In this document: piece after piece, positions 59,568 through 64,000 of the stretch | How positions within the stretch are numbered: the stretch's first letter is position 1 | How the letters are laid out: the number at the start of each line of letters is the position of its first letter | Source of the DNA: Verrucomicrobiales bacterium | GTDB taxonomy: Bacteria; Verrucomicrobiota; Verrucomicrobiia; Verrucomicrobiales; V1-33 | DNA length: 64,000 nt | Direction of reading: 5' to 3' | Assembly (NCBI GenBank): GCA_031411295.1 | Contig: JANOAV010000038.1 | Coordinates: 50,918 to 114,917, forward strand | Program-made: the position numbers and the translations under genes | The notes under the pieces: generated by a model | What the model saw: the letters and a program-made list of their open reading frames with translations, nothing else | Database searches by the model: none | Told to the model about the DNA's origin: nothing

Positions 59568-61471
59568 AAACCACATTCATCCTTTCCCTGCTGATTGGCA
59601 CCTTCGCCCAAGCTGCCACGCTCCCCGTCACCACCACGGCCGATACCGGAGTGGAGTCGCTGCGGGCGCAAATAGCCGCTGCCGTCAGTGGCGATACCAT
59701 TGCCATTTTCGCCACCGGGACCATTGCCCTAACTACCGGAGAAATCGCCATTGTTGGTAAGAATCTCAGCCTTGTGGGACCGGGCGCTGGCAGCCTCACC
59801 ATCACGACGAATGCCACCACCCGCGCACTCCGCATTGCGAATGCCCAGGTAAGCATAAGCGGACTAACGTTTAATAATTGCAAGGCGCTGGCAGGGGATG
59901 TGGATACAGGAGGAGCCGTCTGTGTGGATAATTTTACGGCTGGAGGCACTAGCAACGTCACGAGCATCGCTGATTGTGCCTTCACCAACAATCAATCCGG
60001 CTGGGGCGGAGCGCTGGATGTGTTCAACGGCGGATTAACGATGAGCGGATGCACCTTTGCCGGCAATACCTGCAATGGCATGGCGTTTGGAACGACAGGT
60101 GGCGGTGGGGCGCTGAGCATCGGACCATCCCGGGCTTCGTCGATCACTAACTGCACCTTTTCCGCCAACACCCAAAGCGGAATCGCGACCGGACAGCCTG
60201 GTGGCGGAGCAATTTACAATTACGGCGTGGGCACTGGCACTCCGCCTGTCGTGACCGTGGAGCATTGCACATTTGTCGCTAACGTGGACAGCGCAGGAGC
60301 CGCCGGAGCCATCAAAGGGAACTACAACGGAAGCTACAAGACGTCCGCCGCACTGAAAAACTGCCTGCTAGTAAACAACCAAGCGCCTGGAACCACACTG
60401 AAAAATTTCTCCGGCAGCGACACGGGCCCGCTCACCACGGCATATACTTCGCTGGGCGGAAATGTTACCGACGAGGCCGCCACCAGCACGCAGATCATGT
60501 CCACTGCCGTGCAGGATAAACCCAACACGGCCACCCTAGCCAGCAGCATCGCCCCCACGTTGGCGCTAAACGGCGGAGTCGTGAAAACCCACGCCATCAC
60601 GCGGGGATCCCCAGCGCAGCGCAGCGCCCAAGCCAGCACCGTGACCACAGATCAACGGGGCGCGCCACGCCATGCGCAGGCGGATGCGGGCGCGTTCGAG
60701 CTAATCGAGCCGGAAATAGGACTAGCACTTGGAGTAGATGCCATGGCTGAAGCCGATGTTTTGGATTTCGCGAGCACACCATTTGATCACCCGATCACGA
60801 AAACCATCACCATCACGAACACTCAGACCAGTGCCTTCACGACCGGGACCTTAACACTGGGAAGTGCAGCGGCGGGCACCGGTTACACGTTGACTGGATT
60901 CCCCAGCGTGACGCTCGACAATGGCCAGTCTGCCACGTTCGATGTCACCCTCGCAGCAAACACTCCCGGCTTGTTTGCCACAACCTTGACGTTCTCCGGC
61001 AATGATCGCTTCAATAGCGCGCTGGCCACAGGCGGAACCAACCAGCATCGCATCAACCTCAGTGGGTTGGTTACGGACACCATCGATCACTGGCGGCAAC
61101 AACAGTTCGGCCCCACTGCAGCGAACACTGGCAATGCCGCCGACGATGCCGCCCCCGCGGGCGATGGTATTTCCAATCTCCTGAAATATTCGTTGGGTCT
61201 CAATCCCACGCAGCCCTACGCTCCGGGCACCGGCACCGCCAGCAGCCTTGATCCCATGGGTTGCCTCAGCATGACCATCAACAAAAATCCCACTGCCACC
61301 GACGTCCAATTGCTAATCGAAGTAAGCAGTGATCTCGGTCAGGAAACCAGTTGGAGTGCCGCCGAAACCGTGACCGATCAAAACACCCCAACCGTTCTCA
61401 AAGCCCATGATTCCAAGACCGTGAACGATGCCCCCCGCAGGTTCATGCGCCTGCGGGCAGTGCGGCCGTGA
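59564..61471 (+). CDS. Secreted pectin-lyase-like beta-helix (choice-of-anchor Q) protein with Ig-like and verrucomicrobial C-terminal domains
   Basis: VTTTADTG..SLR, GGA(I/L) repeats, LALNGG..TH..GSPA..DQRG..ADAGAFE; ends GDGISNLLKYSLGLNP..SSDL..W..RRFMRL. Confidence 0.88.
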   Translation: MKTTFILSLLIGTFAQAATLPVTTTADTGVESLRAQIAAAVSGDTIAIFATGTIALTTGEIAIVGKNLSLVGPGAGSLTITTNATTRALRIANAQVSISGLTFNNCKALAGDVDTGGAVCVDNFTAGGTSNVTSIADCAFTNNQSGWGGALDVFNGGLTMSGCTFAGNTCNGMAFGTTGGGGALSIGPSRASSITNCTFSANTQSGIATGQPGGGAIYNYGVGTGTPPVVTVEHCTFVANVDSAGAAGAIKGNYNGSYKTSAALKNCLLVNNQAPGTTLKNFSGSDTGPLTTAYTSLGGNVTDEAATSTQIMSTAVQDKPNTATLASSIAPTLALNGGVVKTHAITRGSPAQRSAQASTVTTDQRGAPRHAQADAGAFELIEPEIGLALGVDAMAEADVLDFASTPFDHPITKTITITNTQTSAFTTGTLTLGSAAAGTGYTLTGFPSVTLDNGQSATFDVTLAANTPGLFATTLTFSGNDRFNSALATGGTNQHRINLSGLVTDTIDHWRQQQFGPTAANTGNAADDAAPAGDGISNLLKYSLGLNPTQPYAPGTGTASSLDPMGCLSMTINKNPTATDVQLLIEVSSDLGQETSWSAAETVTDQNTPTVLKAHDSKTVNDAPRRFMRLRAVRP

Positions 61472-61680
61472 GGGCGGGTAAATATTGCGCCCAGTAGCCA
61501 CCCAAATGCTTCTGCGCCACTGGACGGTGATAGGGGATTACGACTTCCGCGAACGCCTTCAGAAAGCAGGCAATTGCTCGGCGTTCGCTGGAATCCAAAG
61601 CCGAATAGTGCCCCTCGACATAATATGGTCTTGTCTCCAGCGAGTTCCAAGAGAACCAAAATCCGCGCTCGCAACGAGGC

Positions 61681-62373
61681 TTACCGACGGCGGAGGCCCA
61701 ATCCCAGCAGCGCGGTGGCGACGAGGATGCCTACCGAGCCCGGCTCCGGCACAGTCGTGAGGCTCAACCCCCAGGAGTTGATCTGGTGGGTGGCACCGGT
61801 GGAGACATCCGCTGCAAAGAGGCTCCACGTGCCATTGGCGGTGGCTCCGTTGAAGATGCTGAGTTGGGCCCCGCGGGGGTCAGTATCCAGCACGGACGCG
61901 GGATCCGTGACCCGGCCATCTGCGCCCCAGACGCCAGTGAGGGGGCTAGATAGAGCGGTGGTATTTGAACCTGTGGTGGTGAGACGGTAGCTGTGAAAAT
62001 CCGCCACTGCCCCAGAGGAGAACGTGACATTCATCGACTGATTATCGTCATACCCAAAAGTGGTGCCCGCGCGGGCGCCAGCGCGATTGGTTAGCACCGA
62101 GATACTTGAGCCGTTCGTCAAGTAAATGTAGAGATCCCCGAGGTAGGCGGTGCCGCCGCTGGTGGCGCCGAGATTTAAACTTACGTCCAAGCTGACGACG
62201 TATTGCTCGGCTGGTGCGGTGATGTTCAAGCTACGAGCCAAGCCGGAGCTGCTGCCATCCGGAATGGCGCTCACGACGTTATCGGTGGCGGAAAAGACGG
62301 CCGCCATGGCGGACGGGGCCGTGGTGGCGGTGAGCAGCAGGGCTGGGAAAAGGAGTGTTCTCATGGTTTGCAT
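61681..62373 (-). CDS. PEP-CTERM protein with proprotein-convertase P-like domain
   Basis: AIPDG..GDL..NGTWSLF..SWGL, then VPEPGS + TM + RRR. Confidence 0.92.
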   Translation of the reverse strand: MQTMRTLLFPALLLTATTAPSAMAAVFSATDNVVSAIPDGSSSGLARSLNITAPAEQYVVSLDVSLNLGATSGGTAYLGDLYIYLTNGSSISVLTNRAGARAGTTFGYDDNQSMNVTFSSGAVADFHSYRLTTTGSNTTALSSPLTGVWGADGRVTDPASVLDTDPRGAQLSIFNGATANGTWSLFAADVSTGATHQINSWGLSLTTVPEPGSVGILVATALLGLGLRRR

Positions 62374-62397
62374 TAAGTGGAATTTTGAATGTTCGGT

Positions 62398-64000
62398 TTA
62401 TGGCTGAACCATGCGATAAAATCTGGTTGGCGGGAGGGGACCAGGATCAGTTTGCGTAATGACTCCCGATGCGGGACACACCAGCGCACTGCCGAGGTTG
62501 GTCCATGTCGTGAGATTCGAGGACGTCTGCCAGCGATAGGTGCGGCCAGGAATGCCCAACGCCACGACCTGGTTACCTGCTCCCTGCGGGGTGATGCCAA
62601 TGATGTTTACGGTCTGCCCGATGCCATTGGATACCACCACGTTGACGGTGCCGGTTACGCTCTGGAAGCCATCTGTAATTGTGTAGGTGAAACTGTCGGC
62701 TCCGCTGAAGTTGGCTGCTGGTTTATACGTCATCCAACCGCCTGAAATACCTGCGGTGCCGCCACCGGCGGTGGTGGTCGCTTGCACACTAACAAGGGAG
62801 AGGGCTCGGCCTTCGCCTCCCGTAGCCAGCGCCAGCAAACTGGCGGTGGTGAATTTACCCGAAGCTCCCACGCCCATGCTGAGGCTGCCCGCGCCAGCAA
62901 CGATGACTGGATCATCATCGGTGATGGTGCCGGTGGCGGAGATCGTAGCGGCGGCGGCCGTAAAGGTCACATTGCGTCCAGACGCTGTTAGGCTGGAAAG
63001 CGCCACTTGGAAAGTTTCGTTAGCTTCGGGATTATTGTCTCCGTTTACCGTGACGGTAAAGTTTCCGGTGGTAGTTGTGGCAGCCATTGAGCCGGCACCG
63101 TTGACAACGGCCACATAGTCGGAGTTGGCTGTCGTGGCGGTGCCGTCCTGGGTATTGCGCACGAAGCCCACTGCGGTATCCACTGGATTCGTCAGCGCCA
63201 CATTGAACGTGATCGTAGCGGTGCCGGAATCACCTTCCAGGACGCTGCCACCAGTTATGGAGAACACTGCGGAGTCATCATTGGTGATGGTGCCCGTGCC
63301 CGCACCGCCAGTGATGGTGCCTCGGCTGGGGCTGCTGAGGGTGACGGTAAAGGTTTCGTCCAACTCCACGATGTTGTCCGGCGTGATGGTGATGGCGATG
63401 GGCTTGGTCGTTTCACCATCTGCAAAGGAAACGGTGCCGGATGCTGCCGTAAAGTCCGCCGCTCCAGCCGTGCCATTGGCGGTGGCGTAATTTACCGTAT
63501 CAGCCCCGGAAGCAGTGCTGCGCGTGACGGTGAACGTGCGGGAACCAGTCTCACCTCCGCTGACACTATCAATCGCGAAGGTGGGGGCGACGGCGGCACC
63601 TGATCCGGTGAGGATGACGGAGTAAGGCGCGCGATTTGGATCATTGCTGGCGATGTGCATCCGCGCGGTGCGTGCGCCGGATGCGCCGGGGTTGAAGTTA
63701 ATGGAGAACGCCGAGTTGCCAGCGGGGATGATAGTGGCGGAGGGCGCGGTGTTGACGGTGAAGTCGGCGGCGTTGGTGCCGGTGAAGGTGATCGTGCTGC
63801 CCGTGAGGTCACCGTTGCCGGTGTTCTCGATGTTGAAGCTTTTCACGAGCGGACTGCCGACGGCTTGCGAGCCGAGCGCGACGGTGGGCGCGGCGTCGAG
63901 CACGCCGCCGGTGTTGCTAGTGGCCGTGGTGTTGCCGTGCAAAACCACCATGCTCGACGAGCCCCAAGTGCCAGTCCCCTGGAAGCGGCCCGCCGGGGCG
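62398..64000 (-). CDS. Large secreted protein (5' end outside the window) with ASH/Ig-like, two Calx-beta and a Big_9/cadherin-like domain
   Basis: The frame is open to the window end. VNYATANGTA..DF..GTVSFADGET..DNIVELDETF; GADSFTYTITDG; ends TSSNLTTW..RFYRM. Confidence 0.88.
   Translation of the reverse strand, partial: APAGRFQGTGTWGSSSMVVLHGNTTATSNTGGVLDAAPTVALGSQAVGSPLVKSFNIENTGNGDLTGSTITFTGTNAADFTVNTAPSATIIPAGNSAFSINFNPGASGARTARMHIASNDPNRAPYSVILTGSGAAVAPTFAIDSVSGGETGSRTFTVTRSTASGADTVNYATANGTAGAADFTAASGTVSFADGETTKPIAITITPDNIVELDETFTVTLSSPSRGTITGGAGTGTITNDDSAVFSITGGSVLEGDSGTATITFNVALTNPVDTAVGFVRNTQDGTATTANSDYVAVVNGAGSMAATTTTGNFTVTVNGDNNPEANETFQVALSSLTASGRNVTFTAAAATISATGTITDDDPVIVAGAGSLSMGVGASGKFTTASLLALATGGEGRALSLVSVQATTTAGGGTAGISGGWMTYKPAANFSGADSFTYTITDGFQSVTGTVNVVVSNGIGQTVNIIGITPQGAGNQVVALGIPGRTYRWQTSSNLTTWTNLGSALVCPASGVITQTDPGPLPPTRFYRMVQP

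Overview
This is bacterial chromosomal DNA, inferred to be Verrucomicrobiota from the PEP-CTERM, autotransporter-associated beta-strand, GloVer-type and YHYH proteins and a recurrent 'RRFYRL'-like C-terminus. 1-21.5 kb is an accessory cell-surface locus. It holds a CotH/LTD protein, a cytochrome b pseudogene, a frameshifted beta-helix protein flanked by REP mosaics, an OmpR/HK pair, two paralogous secreted Asp-rich proteins with 15-aa DxDGDG repeats, two W-x-x-x-D-P helical-repeat proteins and a GloVer-type protein. Several of its upstream regions share a GTnAC-N6-GTnAC box. 21.6-23.1 kb is an internally deleted IS with intact 16-bp TIRs and a 5-bp TSD. Next come a HAD phosphatase, a YtrA-type GntR/ABC operon, acyP, fabG, and two YHYH proteins followed by cusB-[RAYT + 7 REPs]-cusA. 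Further on are ribBA, a candidate structured ncRNA, cdsA-dxr, a four-helix-bundle gene, cobA/hemD and Tat substrates. The window ends with an iorAB-xdhC-mocA molybdoenzyme operon (mocA carries an in-frame 105-bp REP doublet) and more secreted proteins. No rRNA, tRNA or CRISPR was recognised. Several single-base homopolymer frameshifts may be assembly errors. All calls are by eye, without database searches.
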